From assembly GCF_018350175.1 (NCBI RefSeq), contig NC_058383.1, positions 41,168,001 to 41,232,000 on the forward strand: DNA of 64,000 nucleotides. Direction: 5' to 3'. This DNA comes from Felis catus. Taxonomy: Eukaryota. Shown piece by piece: positions 52,064 through 64,000 of the stretch; position 1 is the first letter of the stretch, and each line of letters opens with the position of its first letter. The notes under the pieces were generated by a model that saw only the letters and a list, made by a program, of their open reading frames with translations, was not told where the DNA came from and ran no database searches. A program made the translations under genes and the position numbers.

Positions 52064-52190
52064 GGGAGGGGAGGGTAGGTGATGGGCATTGAAGAGGGCA
52101 TCTTTTGGGATGAGCACTGGGTGTTGTATGGAAACTAATTTGACAATTTCATATATTAAAAAAAATAATTAAAAAATGCAAAAAAAAACC
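52064..52190 (+). mobile_element. Severely 5'-truncated carnivore/felid L1 3' terminus with A tail
   Basis: gggtaggtgatgggcattgaagagggca...gatgagcactgggtgttgtatggaa + A-rich tail. Confidence 0.75.
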
Positions 52191-53344
52191 CTAAAGATCC
52201 ACTTTCAAATAATAAAAAAAAAATTTTTTTTTAATGTTTATTTTATTTTAGAGAGAGAGACAGACAAGAGTGTGAGCAGGAGAGGGCCAGAGAGAGAGGG
52301 AGACACAGAATCCGAAGCAGGCTTCAGGCTCTGAGCTGTCATCACAGAGTCCAACACGGGGCTCGAACTCACAAACCAGGAAATCATGACCTGAGCCAAA
52401 GCCAGATGCTTAACCCATTGAGCCACCCAGGTGCCCTGCCTATAAGGAACTTCTTAAGTTCATCCCAAGTTCTTTAAACTGTATTACTCTGGTAAGGTAT
52501 GTGAAGGATATTGGTATATGGACATTGAAAAATTTTTTCTTTAGCCTGTGCTTTTTCCAACCTAGTTGTCATCGTACACTGAGAGGGTGTGTGTGTGTGT
52601 GAGATTCTTTTTTTTTTTTTTTAAACTAAACATAGTGGTAGCAAAAACATTTCCTATGTTATAATTCCTTGGAAACCGTAACTTTTGGAAAAAAATGTTT
52701 GTTATGGTAAAAAATATATATGTGAGGCGCCTGGATGGCTCAGTTGGTTAAGCATCCGACTCTTGATTTTGGCTCAGGTCATGATCTCAGGGTTTGTGAG
52801 ATCAAGCCCCACAGTTGGCTCTGCACTGAGAGCATGGAGCCTGCTTGGGATTCTCTGTCCCTGCCCCTGCTCACACTGTCTCTCTCTTTCTCAAAATAAA
52901 TAAATAAACACACACACACAAAAGGGGTGATATATTAAAATACAAGTGTATATACATATTATAAAAGTTGCCATTTTAACCATTTTTAAGTTTACAGTTT
53001 GGTGGCATTAGTTTCATTCACCATGATTAATTCACTGCATTATGCACCTATCACCACTGTGTATTTCCAGAATTTTCCTCACCTCAAACTGAAATATGTA
53101 ACCATTTAGCAATAATCCAATTTCCTCTGCCCTCAGCCTCTGGTAATCTCTACACTACTTTCTGTCTCTCTTGAGTTTTGCCCACTGTAGGTATTTCATA
53201 TAAGTGTAGTATTTGTCCTTTTGTGTCTGATTTCTTTTACTTAGCGTAATGTTTTCAAGTTCTTCCATGTTTTAACATGTATCAAAACTCCATTCCTTTT
53301 TATGGCCATTGTGTGTATATATGCCACGTTTTTGAAGCCATCGC

Positions 53345-53734
53345 TTTTTTTTTTTACTTGTTTTATTTTTTATTTTCTTAAATTTACATCCAAATTAGTT
53401 AGTATTTAGTGCAACAGTGATTTCAGAGTAGATTCCTTAGTGCCCCTTCCCCATTTAGCCCATCCCCCTCCCTCAACCCCTCCAGTAATCCTCAGTTTGT
53501 TCTCCACATTTATGAGTCTCTTCTGTTTTGTCCGCCTCCCTGTTTCTATATTATTTTTGTCTCCCTTACCTTATGTTCATCTTTTTTGTCTCTTAAAGTC
53601 CTCATAGGAGTGAAGTCATATGATTTTTGTCTTTCTCTGACTGACTAATTTCACTTAGCATAATACCCTCCAGTTCCATCCACGTAGTTGCAAATGGCCA
53701 GATTTCATTCTTTTTGATTGCCGAGTAATATTCC

Positions 53735-53784
<50 letters not shown>

Positions 53785-54430
53785 CCACATCTTCTTTATC
53801 CATTCATCCATCGTTGGACATTTGGGCTCTTTCCATACTTTGGCTGTTGTTGATTGTGCTGCTATAAACATGGGGGTGCATGTGTCCCTTTGAAACAGCA
53901 CACCTGTATCCCGTGGATAAATGCCTAGCAGTGCCATTGCTGGGTCGTAGGGTAGTTCTGTTTTTAGTTTTTTGAGGAACCTCCATACTGTTTTCCAGAG
54001 TGGCTGCACCAGCTTGCATTCCCACCAGCAGCGCAAAAGAGATCCTCTTTCTCCACATCCTCGCCAACATCTGTTGTTGCCTGAGTTGTTAATGTGAGCC
54101 ATTCTGACAGGTGTGAGGTGGTATCTCATTGTGGTTTTGATTTGTATTTCCCTGATGATGAGCGATGTTGAGCATTTTTTCATGTGTCACTTGGCCATCT
54201 GGATGTCTTCTTTGGAGAAGTGCCTGTTCATGTCTTTTGCTCTTTTCTTCACTGGATTGTTTGTTTTTTGGCTGTTGAGTTTGATAAGTTCTTTATAGAT
54301 TTTGGATACTAACCCATCATCTGATATGTCATTTGCAAATATCTTCTCCCATTCTGTCGGTTGCCTTTTAGTTTTGCTGATTGTTTCCTTCGCTGTGCAG
54401 TTTTTTTATTTTGATGAGGTCCCAGTAGTT
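53345..54430 (-). mobile_element. Carnivore/felid LINE-1 3' fragment (ORF2 C-terminus + 3'UTR) with internal (TG)n
   Basis: ORF 53602-54183: [29 protein letters not shown]...[32 protein letters not shown], the L1 ORF2 Cys-rich domain. Confidence 0.92.
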
Positions 54431-54514
54431 AGAGACCATTACTTTTAATGTATCCACAAACCTGCGTGTGGATGGATCCTCTTTTCTTAGCCACTCTCCC
54501 CCTTTTGCCCTCAG

Positions 54515-54584
54515 ATAAGCCTCGTAGCAGATACGCCGTCAACAACACTGGAGACCATGCCGACGACCAGGATGGTGATTCCAG
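54515..54584 (+). CDS. NPRL3: NPRL3 second coding exon
   Basis: cag|ATAAGCCT...TCCAG|gtaagg, 70 nt; (N)[22 protein letters not shown](R). Confidence 0.95.
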
Positions 54585-56309
54585 GTAAGGGCTTTACAGT
54601 CACTCCGTGATGGGGCTGTCGTGCCCCTTGGCCTGGGCAAAGCCCTACCTCCCGTTGACCCAGAGGTTTTCTCCTGTGACAAACCTGGTGTCCTTTTATT
54701 CCATTTGCGGGGGTTTCAGGTTGTACAGAACTGGGATTGTGTTGCCAGTCTCGGCCTTGCTGCGTAGTTTGTTCCATGTTCCAGCTGTGGACTGGTTGGT
54801 TGCTCAAGGAGATTGGAAAACAGATGAGGCTAGAGGGAACTTTATCTACCATGAGAGGAAGATGGAGAAAATCAGTCCCCAGTGCTGTCCTCAGACTTGA
54901 CTTCTCAAGCATGTGCCCAGAGGGCACATGTAGGTGCTTGGGGCAGCCTAGCCTGCTCATGGGGTGATGTGGGCTGAGAGCCAGGGCTGACCCTTGCTCT
55001 TTTAGGGCACGGATGAAAGGCAGGTCCTGGTCCTTCCTGTGTGTGCTCCCCTGCTTGTCCTGGGAGATGCCGTCAGGGTGGCAAACATAAGAAATGACCA
55101 CGTCTGCTTTACATTCATTTAAGGCTTAGTAAATGGTACTACCAGCTACAGGAGCGTTATAAATTGCCTGCCCTAGGTGCCTCTAAACACAGCTGGGGCC
55201 TGCCTGCAGTAAAGGACTCAGCCTCAACTGTTCCATGGCAGAATAGCTGAGCCTATTCCTGGGCCTTTGCCATGGAGTGAGCTAGCGCTATCTCCCTCAG
55301 GCCTCTTGACAAGACACCACATCCGCCATGGTGTTGTGCAGTTCCACAATTGTGGTTTTTACCCTTTTTTGTGAGGGTATATGGGGCCTCTGGCGTGGCC
55401 AGTGACTGTCTCTGAGGGGAGCAAGCTTTGGAAGAGAGACCAGCAGGAGAGGGCAAGGGGTGTGGGGGATTATTGGACATCCCATGTTCTGCTTGATGTA
55501 GAAGGCTGTGGTCTTCTTGTCCTCTGAGATCGGCCACTTGGAACAAACTCTTGTTTGTTACAGGTGCGTAGAAAGCACTTTGCTCCTTCTCGTGGTGCAT
55601 TTTGTCTTCTGCCTGAAGCATAGATTCATTTAGAGCAGGGCTGGCCTGCCCTTCTCCCTCTAAGCTCCATAGGTTTGAGGCTCCGGCTGCTGAAGCAGAA
55701 AGTGCCGTTGGAGCAGTCTGTGTGGCTTTCCTAGGAGGCTGGCAGCACCTGAGCCCTGGAGTTAGCTCTCGGAGGCCTGTAATAAAAGACTAAGAAGGTG
55801 TTTTTTAGGGAATTATTTTCATATGTAGCATACAGAAGGGGAAAAACCATAGGAAGGGAGTGAGGCCTTGTGGGTCTATCAGAATTCTCTGATAAGCTTG
55901 TTCAGTAAGAAGAGCTGGTTCCTTATACTCTGATTAAACTTAAGAATTACTTCATTTGGTAATTTTAGCACATGACAGCACTCCCCACCTGCTGTGTTTT
56001 CAGAGATACTGGTTAATACCCAGCTTTTTTTTGTCCCATTGGCCTGCCAAAGCCTCTGACACCTGGGGGAACCCTGCTGTGGCTCACACATCTTCCAAAG
56101 CAGTACAATTAAGGTGCATCGTACCTTTTGTCTGTGTTCTCCTTGATTGTCTTCTTGAAGGGGCTTTTCTTCTGAAACCAGGAGAATGGTCCTGAGCATT
56201 GTTTTGCTAGATTGAAACGATGTTAACAGGCCACTTGTGTGATGTGTGCGTGTGGTGGAAGACGTCCACGGCCTCAGAGAAGTGAGAATGTAGACCTTTG
56301 GTGCCCTGT

Positions 56310-56472
56310 GTTAAAGTCATCATTTAAATTGAAATGAAATGAAATTTAGTTCCTCCATTATGCTAGCTGCATTTTAATTCTCCGGGGCCACAGGCAGCTC
56401 ATGGCTACTGTACTGAATGGTTCAGATTTAGAGTATCTCCACCACTGTAGAAACTTCTGTTGGACCGCACTG
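56310..56472. mobile_element. hAT-Charlie MITE remnant (MER3/MER33-like)
   Basis: aaatttagttcctcc...gctagctgcatttt...atggctactgtactg...ttctgttggaccgcactg end. Confidence 0.5.
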
Positions 56473-56526
56473 GCTTAGAGCGTGTGCTGGTTTTATAAGG
56501 TGAATCATTAAGATGATGTGTTTCAG

Positions 56527-58500
56527 GGGCGCCTGGGTGGCTTAGAGTCAGTTGAGTGTCTGACTTCAGCTCAGGTCATGATCTCACAGTTTGTGAGTTC
56601 AAGCCCCGCATTGGGCTCTGTGCTGACAGCTCAGAGCCTGGAGCCTGCTTCAGATTCTGTGTCTCCCTCCCTCTGCCCTTCCCTGCTCATGCTCTCTCTC
56701 TGTCTCTCAAAAATGAATAAACGTTAAGAAAAAATTTAAAAAAAAAGATGTGTTTCAGGATATAAAAATTAATTGTCAGGTTAACAAAAACTTATATAGA
56801 CTTCAGTAGGAAGAGAAGAATAAAATGGATATTGTTCATTATCTTTAAGGTTTGAAATTCAGATTTAGAAACGTTGTAGTGTTTCTGTTGGATGAGAGTT
56901 AGGGACCACGGAGGTCATGTGCTTCATAGCATTATGCAGCCCCGACACTGGCAGGGCAAAAACCATCAAGAGAGGTCTTGGAGAAAGCCTGGAGTCTGTC
57001 ACAAAGCACGATCCCTCCCAACGTGCAGTGTTCTGGGCACCGTCTTAGAAGGAGAAGCTGGTAGCTTGGAGAAGAGTTGAGTTTATTTCAGAACACTCAG
57101 AAATCATTTTACTTTAAAATGTTTTTTTTTTTATTTATTTGTGTTTTTGTGTGTGTGAGAGAGAGACAGAGTGTGAGTAGGGGAGGGGCAGAGAGAGAGG
57201 AAGACACAGAATCTGAGGCAGGTTCCAGGCTCTGAGCTGTCAGCACAGAGCCCGACGCGGGGCTCACACTCACAAACCATGAGATCATGACCTGAGCCGA
57301 TGTCGGACGCCCAACCGACGGAGCCACCCAGGCGCCCCAGAAATCATTTTACTTTAGACATCATCCAGAAGACCTTGGAACTGTAAAACCTTTTGATTCT
57401 CAGGTGGCCTTGAGGGAGTGGTGGGATCGGATGGCACTGCTGCCCTCCTCAGCCTTGGCCACCTTTCTCTAAGCAGTGGGTCCAGCTTTTTGGCATGTTC
57501 ACACCCTCAGCTGATGAGAACCTCAGCCAGGCAAGCTGGGTCCTCTACACCAGGTGCACACGGGGCTCCACCGGGCCTCTCTCGACAGCTTTGCTTCTAC
57601 TAGTGTGCAGCTGGACATGTGTTAGAGCACTGCTGACGCTTGGAAGCCCCTTGTGCAGGTGTACTGGCGGCTCAGTCGGTTAACCGTCCGACTCTTGATT
57701 TCGGCTCAGATCATGGTCTTATGTTTTCTGGGTTCGAGTCCCGCATTGGGCTTTGGTGCTGGCAGTACAGAGCCTGCTTGGGATTCTCCCTCCCTCTCTC
57801 TCTCTCTCTGTCCTCCCTTGCTCATGCTTTCTTTCTCTCTCCCCCCCCCCAGAAATAAATAAGTAAGTAAGTAAAAAAGGTGCCCCTCTTTCCTAGAGCT
57901 GAGGTCAGTGTACGGAATGTGGATAAGCAGTGTTGTCCCCAAGCTTGGGCATCCCCCACCCCTTTCCTGACCCAGTCACTGAGTCTACACTAGTGTGTCC
58001 ACACTGGCACATGCCTGCAGGCAACGTGTTGAGACAAGTGCAGCTTCCGGGTTCCAGGTGTGACTCCCATTTTGCATCCTACGGTATGATCTTGGGCATG
58101 TTTCTTAGACCAGGAGCCTCAGTTTTGCCTCTTTGTAAGATGCTGAGGGTGGCAGGGCACCTCTGCCTCCCCCTCCCAGGTCTGGGTATCATGGGAACAT
58201 CTGTGCCTTGGGGAGAGTACTTGTTGGTGGCTCTGCCTCCCTCAGAGGTGCAGACACAAGTTCATAAGATACACCACTGAAGGGGGAGGCGGGGGGGGGG
58301 GGGGGGCGGCACCCGGGTGGCTCAGTTTGAGTGTGTGATTCTTGATTTCGGCACAAGTCATGATCTCACAGTTTGTGGGATCGAGCCCCACGTCGGGCTC
58401 TGTATTAAGTGTGGAGACTGCTTGGGATTCTCCCTCTCTCTCTGCCCCTTCCCTGGTCACGTTCCTTTCTCTCTCAAAGATAAATAAATGAACTTAAAAA
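56527..58500. mobile_element. Four Can-SINEs in NPRL3 intron (+ 56527-56745; - 57115-57338; + 57655-57875; + 58305-58500)
   Basis: SINE heads, CT-rich bodies, AATAAA/A tails. Confidence 0.85.
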
Positions 58501-60302
58501 CAAAACAAAACGAAACATGCCAGCGGGGTCTGACCTGTCACCTCCACAGCCCAGGGTGGAAATAGAGCACTGCTGACACTTGGAAGCCCCAGATGCTTCT
58601 TCTCTTTTGAAACTAGAGGGATTTCGTTGTGACCTGTTTGATCGTCGAAGATAAAGGTGGTAGGAGTTGCACTAGAGCTTCTAGGGCTTCTGACTTGCTG
58701 GGTGATCTTGGAAAGTCCACAAAACATCTTACCCCTTTCTTACTATGTAAACTGATGAGCTGAAGTTTGGGAGCTGTTGAAAAAAGGGGCTCTTGGTTGT
58801 GTGTTTCTGTGGTGCGGGTCTTAGGCGTTTCTCAGTGAGAGCCGTGGGGAGCAGCAGGCCCAGCAGGGTGGCACAGCGCTGTGGCAGGCTCTTGTCCCTC
58901 CAGTGTTGTCTCCACTCTGGGGTCTGGCCTACTCTCTGTTTGCAGGGTACTGGGAAAGCAGCATGTCCCAGAACACAGGCCTCTGCAGACGAACTTGACT
59001 CTTTTAAACATACTCTCTGAAAAACGAAAGTTCATAGCACAGAGGCCTCATCCATCATGTACAGATTTGCTGCCGAAGGGCCTGCCGTCCTGTGCCGTGC
59101 AGAGGCACGCTGAGTTTGGTTTTGCAGACAGTTACGGCATCTCAAGACATGAGGCTGCGATGTTCACTGCATTCTACAGTGTTTATAAGGCTTTTCCCTG
59201 TGGCGATCTCCCTGGATCTTAACTGAGATAGTTTCATCAGAAAGATTAAATGCTCGTGCATGGGTGTCAAGTGAATACGTGTGGTGTTGGGCTCTGACCC
59301 GGGTCTTCCAGCCTTGCTCTTGCTTCTGAAGACAGACACTCACTTGTGCCCAGGCTCTGTTTACACGTGGGAGTTTGAGCTTTTGTGAGAAAACTGTGGT
59401 AAGTCTTCAACTTGGCGAGTGTCTGTGTCTTTTTTCTTGTCCGGTAAGTTGCTTAGCCTTGCCCTCAGCAGTTAATGCTTATGGTGGTACTTTTGCTAGA
59501 CTTTAACACTTGTTTTAATAAAACAGCCTTGTAACTATTCATGATTTTTAAAATCGGTGTGTTTGTTTGGTCTTGATGGTCCTGTTCCCATTCCAGCGAG
59601 CCATGTCCTCCAACCGATGAGCGATTGGTTGCAGGGTAAGCCCAAGACTTCTCCGCCACCTTTCTGTCTTGATTCTTGCTGCCTTCTCTTCTTATAATTG
59701 TGCTTAACTGATTGCCCTCAGTGTTGAAAAATGACTAACGAGGCACACAGGCTCTGGCTTGGACCTCACTGCCTGATCCCCCATGAGTGCCCCTGCCCTT
59801 TCTCCACCTGGAGTTATTTAGCTATTCCACATTACCTGAGAGGCCAAGGCGAGTTTGGCTGGTACCAGGGAGACTTCTGGGACCAGGCATGCACGTAGAC
59901 CTCCCCTCCTCCAGGCAGGCACCAGTGGCCCCATGAAGGTGGTAGGCAAGCAGGAACAGGCTCCTCCTCTCCCTAGCCAGCCTCCAAGAGAGACCTCTGA
60001 TCGTTGCTTCTTCCCTTCATTTCTCAGAGGAGTTACAGGAGGCCTCTCTCAAGGGCTGGGTGCTAAATGTGGTCCTTGGGCTTAGATGCTGTTGTGTGTG
60101 CCCATTAGAGGCAAAAATGTTCCTGTGGAGTTTATATGGCACTTCTCCAGGAGGGTGTGGGTAAGTGGGTCCCTCTGTCCCCTTGATGGGGCATCCCCCT
60201 GGGTGTTGGAGGTGCATAGAATATCCGTGAGCCCCCCAAGACAGGAGGGGGCAGAGTTGAGTTCCCTTCTATGCTGCCTCTCCCTCCCCCCGGCCCTTTT
60301 TC

Positions 60303-60334
<32 letters not shown>

Positions 60335-62139
60335 GCCAAGGCAGAGAAAAAGTCCTGCTCCTGAATATTCCGGCAGAAATAGAAGGTTTTCCCTGTTTTC
60401 CAGCTGGGCTAATTCATGTTAAGTGCTTTTATTTTTGGAAACAAATATCGTCACTTGTTTTTGTTTTACTTTGCTATTTATGTCAGTTGTGTCCCCTTCC
60501 CCTAAATCTCATGACGGACTCTGTGACTTTGGGCATGTTATGTCAGCACACACAGTACAGAAAGTATAAGCCCCTCAAGCATTTGCTAAAATCATAAATG
60601 TGTAATGTTAGGCTGCAGTGAGTGGATCCTTGTGTGGTCCAGACCAGCTCAGTCAGGCAGAGCAGCCTAACACCCTCCCACTCGCCACCCTAGAGAAGCC
60701 TCCTCGAAGGGCCACTCAGCGCAGTGTGGCTTTTAACTTCAGCAGTACATGGCTCTCCAGTTGGTTCCCTCTGTTCTGTCCTTTCTGAATCTAGAGGGGG
60801 AAGTGCTTTTTATTTGGCTCCTGGAAAGACACATTCTGGATTTGGATATTTATAAATGTGAACTGGGCCACTACTGTTTGCCTCTGAATCTCGGGACTCA
60901 CCTCACAGCCAAACTTAGGTTCCTGGTTTGGTGGCTGAAGGCCAGGGCTGAGGCCTGTCTATGGCTCTTTGTGACAGAGCAGAGGTTTTTAGTGGAGATT
61001 GTGGGTATCACAAGAAAAAGCGAACCTTCTGGAATGGTAGGAAGTTGTTTTCCTATCCGTTATCACTGTCCGTGGAGGGGTAGTGTTTGTTCACATAGGG
61101 TGTGCGATGTTGGCATTGAATCAGTTACGAGAGCAGAAGTATTTGTCAGGGTTTTATCATTCTGAAGCCCTCCCTCACCGTCACTGTAACCCTCAGATGG
61201 GAGTTACAGGGCAGAGTGACCCATTTAGAGTTTTTGAAGAAAGCATGTAATAATGCCTTTGGTCTAATACTCTGGAATTTGCCGCCGTCTCTGGTTTATT
61301 CACTCCAGAGAGCGGTATTCCTGGGAAGGAGCGACGCATGCTGGGCAGCCAAGGGCTTGGGCTCTGGATTCCAAGTTTGCCAGAATGTTTCTGACAACAT
61401 CGGTGTCAGGAGGTCCAACTGCAGTCCTGACTGTGCAAGAGGCAAGGCAGCCCGTTCTGACCAACCCCCCTGCATCTGGTTTGTGTGGATACCTGGAGGA
61501 CCGTGTTGGTCCTGGAGGAAGGCTGGAAGCCACCGTGACCAGCCCCCCTTGGCAGTGCTAGGCCCGGCCTGCCTGCTGCGGAGGTGCTGCCTGTCTTGCT
61601 TTTGTCCGCGTGGTGGTTGAGCACCACAAGGTTCTTGCTCCAGGCTGGTTCCAAGTTAGCCTCTAGTGTTAGACATTGAGGCCTGCCGAGTGTAAGGAGC
61701 CCGAAGCAGCGACCCCCCCTTCCTAGATCATTTTATATCAAAGTCATTTGCTCTTTCAGGGCTGAACTGCAGCAGCAGTCCACAGCAGACCTTCCCCTTT
61801 GGAGTGTTAAGGTGTTAGTTGCCTCTTCCCCCCATTGTGGTTCCTCCAGGAGAGAGACATCTGGTGCAGTCCCTGATTCACTGTAGCTCCTCAGTGAAGG
61901 TCCAGGATGCACATTGTGTGTCTGTCCTCGTTGCCCTATTCGGGACTTTAGGGGTCTCCCTGCCCAGGGGTAGAGTGTGGCCTTGGGGGAGGTGGAGCCT
62001 CCTTCCCCAACACAGTGTGCCCTTCTGGCCTGGATGTTAGAAATGCTTTTTCCAGGTGGAGAAATGAGCACCAGTCTTGTCTCCCTTCTGGCTCCAGATC
62101 ATATATGGTTCATCACTGTTTCTGGAGTGCAGGCCCCTG

Positions 62140-62220
62140 GAGCCTGGGCTCTGAGATAAGACTCGACACTGCACCCCCCAGCAGTCTCCTCCCTGTGGTG
62201 CCTTTCCCTTATCTGGACCG
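62140..62220. promoter_or_regulatory. Candidate erythroid enhancer MCS-R3 (HS-33 equivalent)
   Basis: CTG-N7-AGATAA (62144-62159), CACCC, TGTGGT (62194), TTATCT (62209-62214); about 0.8 kb upstream of the third coding exon, similar to my recollection of the human HS-33 position. Confidence 0.6.
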
Positions 62221-62931
62221 CTTCGGGCAGGAAGGAACAGGGCCGCTGGTGGGGAGACCCAAGGGTGCAGATGCATCTTGAAAAGGAGTGAGCTCTGCGG
62301 TTTTACAGAGATTGTATCCAGAGCTGCTGTCGCACTGCAGCCATTCCTCCTTTTCCATGGCATCCAGTCCTGTGTGCCCCCACATTTCTGTCATATCGTT
62401 GGTTCTGCATATTTTGCATATCTTAGAAGTTTCATCCCTAGTAAGAACCCAGATGAGGAAACAGCCAGACAGCCGTGCTGTGAGGAAGGTAATTAACACA
62501 CTGTAGTTAGTGTTGTCCCCTCGCCCTTCACACACCTGGGGATGGGAGGTCCTGGGGGTTGTGGGGTGCAGCCTGGCAAACCTGGGCCAGTTGGGGGAAC
62601 CCCCCAATACGTCTGTGAGCCTCAGTGAGTGGCTTCTCAGGGCAGTGCCAGCTCCAGCTGTTGTCCTCCCTTTAAAAGCAAACTGCAACTCGTTTCTGTC
62701 CTGAATTTCATAGAGCATGCCGAGAAATGACAGCATGTGCCTTCAGCCTATGCTTCTCATGCCTTTTACCTTGTAATTCTGGTGATTTTATGTCCCTGAT
62801 CTTGGGGATTGCTTCAAAAGGGAAACTGATAGAAATCTCCAAGTCAGCAGTGGGGGTTGACCACTCCACGCACGAAGCTGCCATGTCCTGAGACCTTTCC
62901 TCTCTGAGGGCAGGTGGGTGTGGTGCTGTGA

Positions 62932-63494
<563 letters not shown>

Positions 63495-64000
63495 CACTGT
63501 TTCTGAGGCCCTTGTGGAGCCTGTGGCCCACGCTGGCTCCGGTGAAGGCAGCCTTTGTGCGGCAGACTTGACCTGGTGCTTGCTGTCCACTGCACACTCT
63601 CACAGGCCTCCTGTGGTTTCAGTTCTTGCCCCATTCTGGGTCTCTCCTGAATGTGGCCTTCCCTTTTATATCTCAGATGTCTGTTTCTAAAGTGGTGCAA
63701 GTATTTTTTCTTACTCTTAGATGATACCATAGCAAATATTATTAGTTTAGTTCTTTCTCTTGTGCTAAACCCTCTATGTGCATTCTGTGATAAATGAAAT
63801 GGTACAGTACTGAGGGGTTTTAACAAGATCCAATGTACCATCACCCAAGGGAATTTGCACACCAGAACCTGCCAGTCAGTCCTTTGCACTCAGGCAGAAT
63901 CAGGTCTTTGATAAGACAGTATAAGATTTAGCTCCATTTATATGACCCAGAAATTGCAGTCCTCAAATCTTTTCCATGAATCAGCCCATGGAAGGAGCTT

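Overview
Felid genomic DNA containing the whole alpha-globin gene cluster and its conserved neighbours. The adult alpha chain matches the domestic-cat sequence as I recall it, and tRNA-derived Can-SINEs are abundant. Left to right: the last five coding exons and polyA site of LUC7L (+); six intact three-exon globin genes on the - strand (HBQ1/theta, two identical HBA copies, HBM/mu, two HBZ/zeta copies); an L1/SINE-rich interval with a candidate MCS-R4 enhancer; then the CpG-island promoter and first three coding exons of NPRL3 (+), with a candidate MCS-R3 enhancer upstream of the third of these exons. Two structures stand out. (1) A 20-bp minisatellite is built from the NPRL3 exon/intron junction itself, creating a ladder of about 16 GT splice donors behind an in-frame stop. 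(2) A 581-bp, 99.7%-identical inverted repeat inside otherwise old L1 sequence brackets a 6.6-kb segment carrying the candidate R4 enhancer. Other observations: a theta gene with an alpha-like exon 2, promoter asymmetry between the twin zeta genes, an alpha 3'UTR without the C-rich stability tract, and loss of the C-terminal Arg in mu and theta. Most ORF-track entries are spurious. All comparisons were done by eye.
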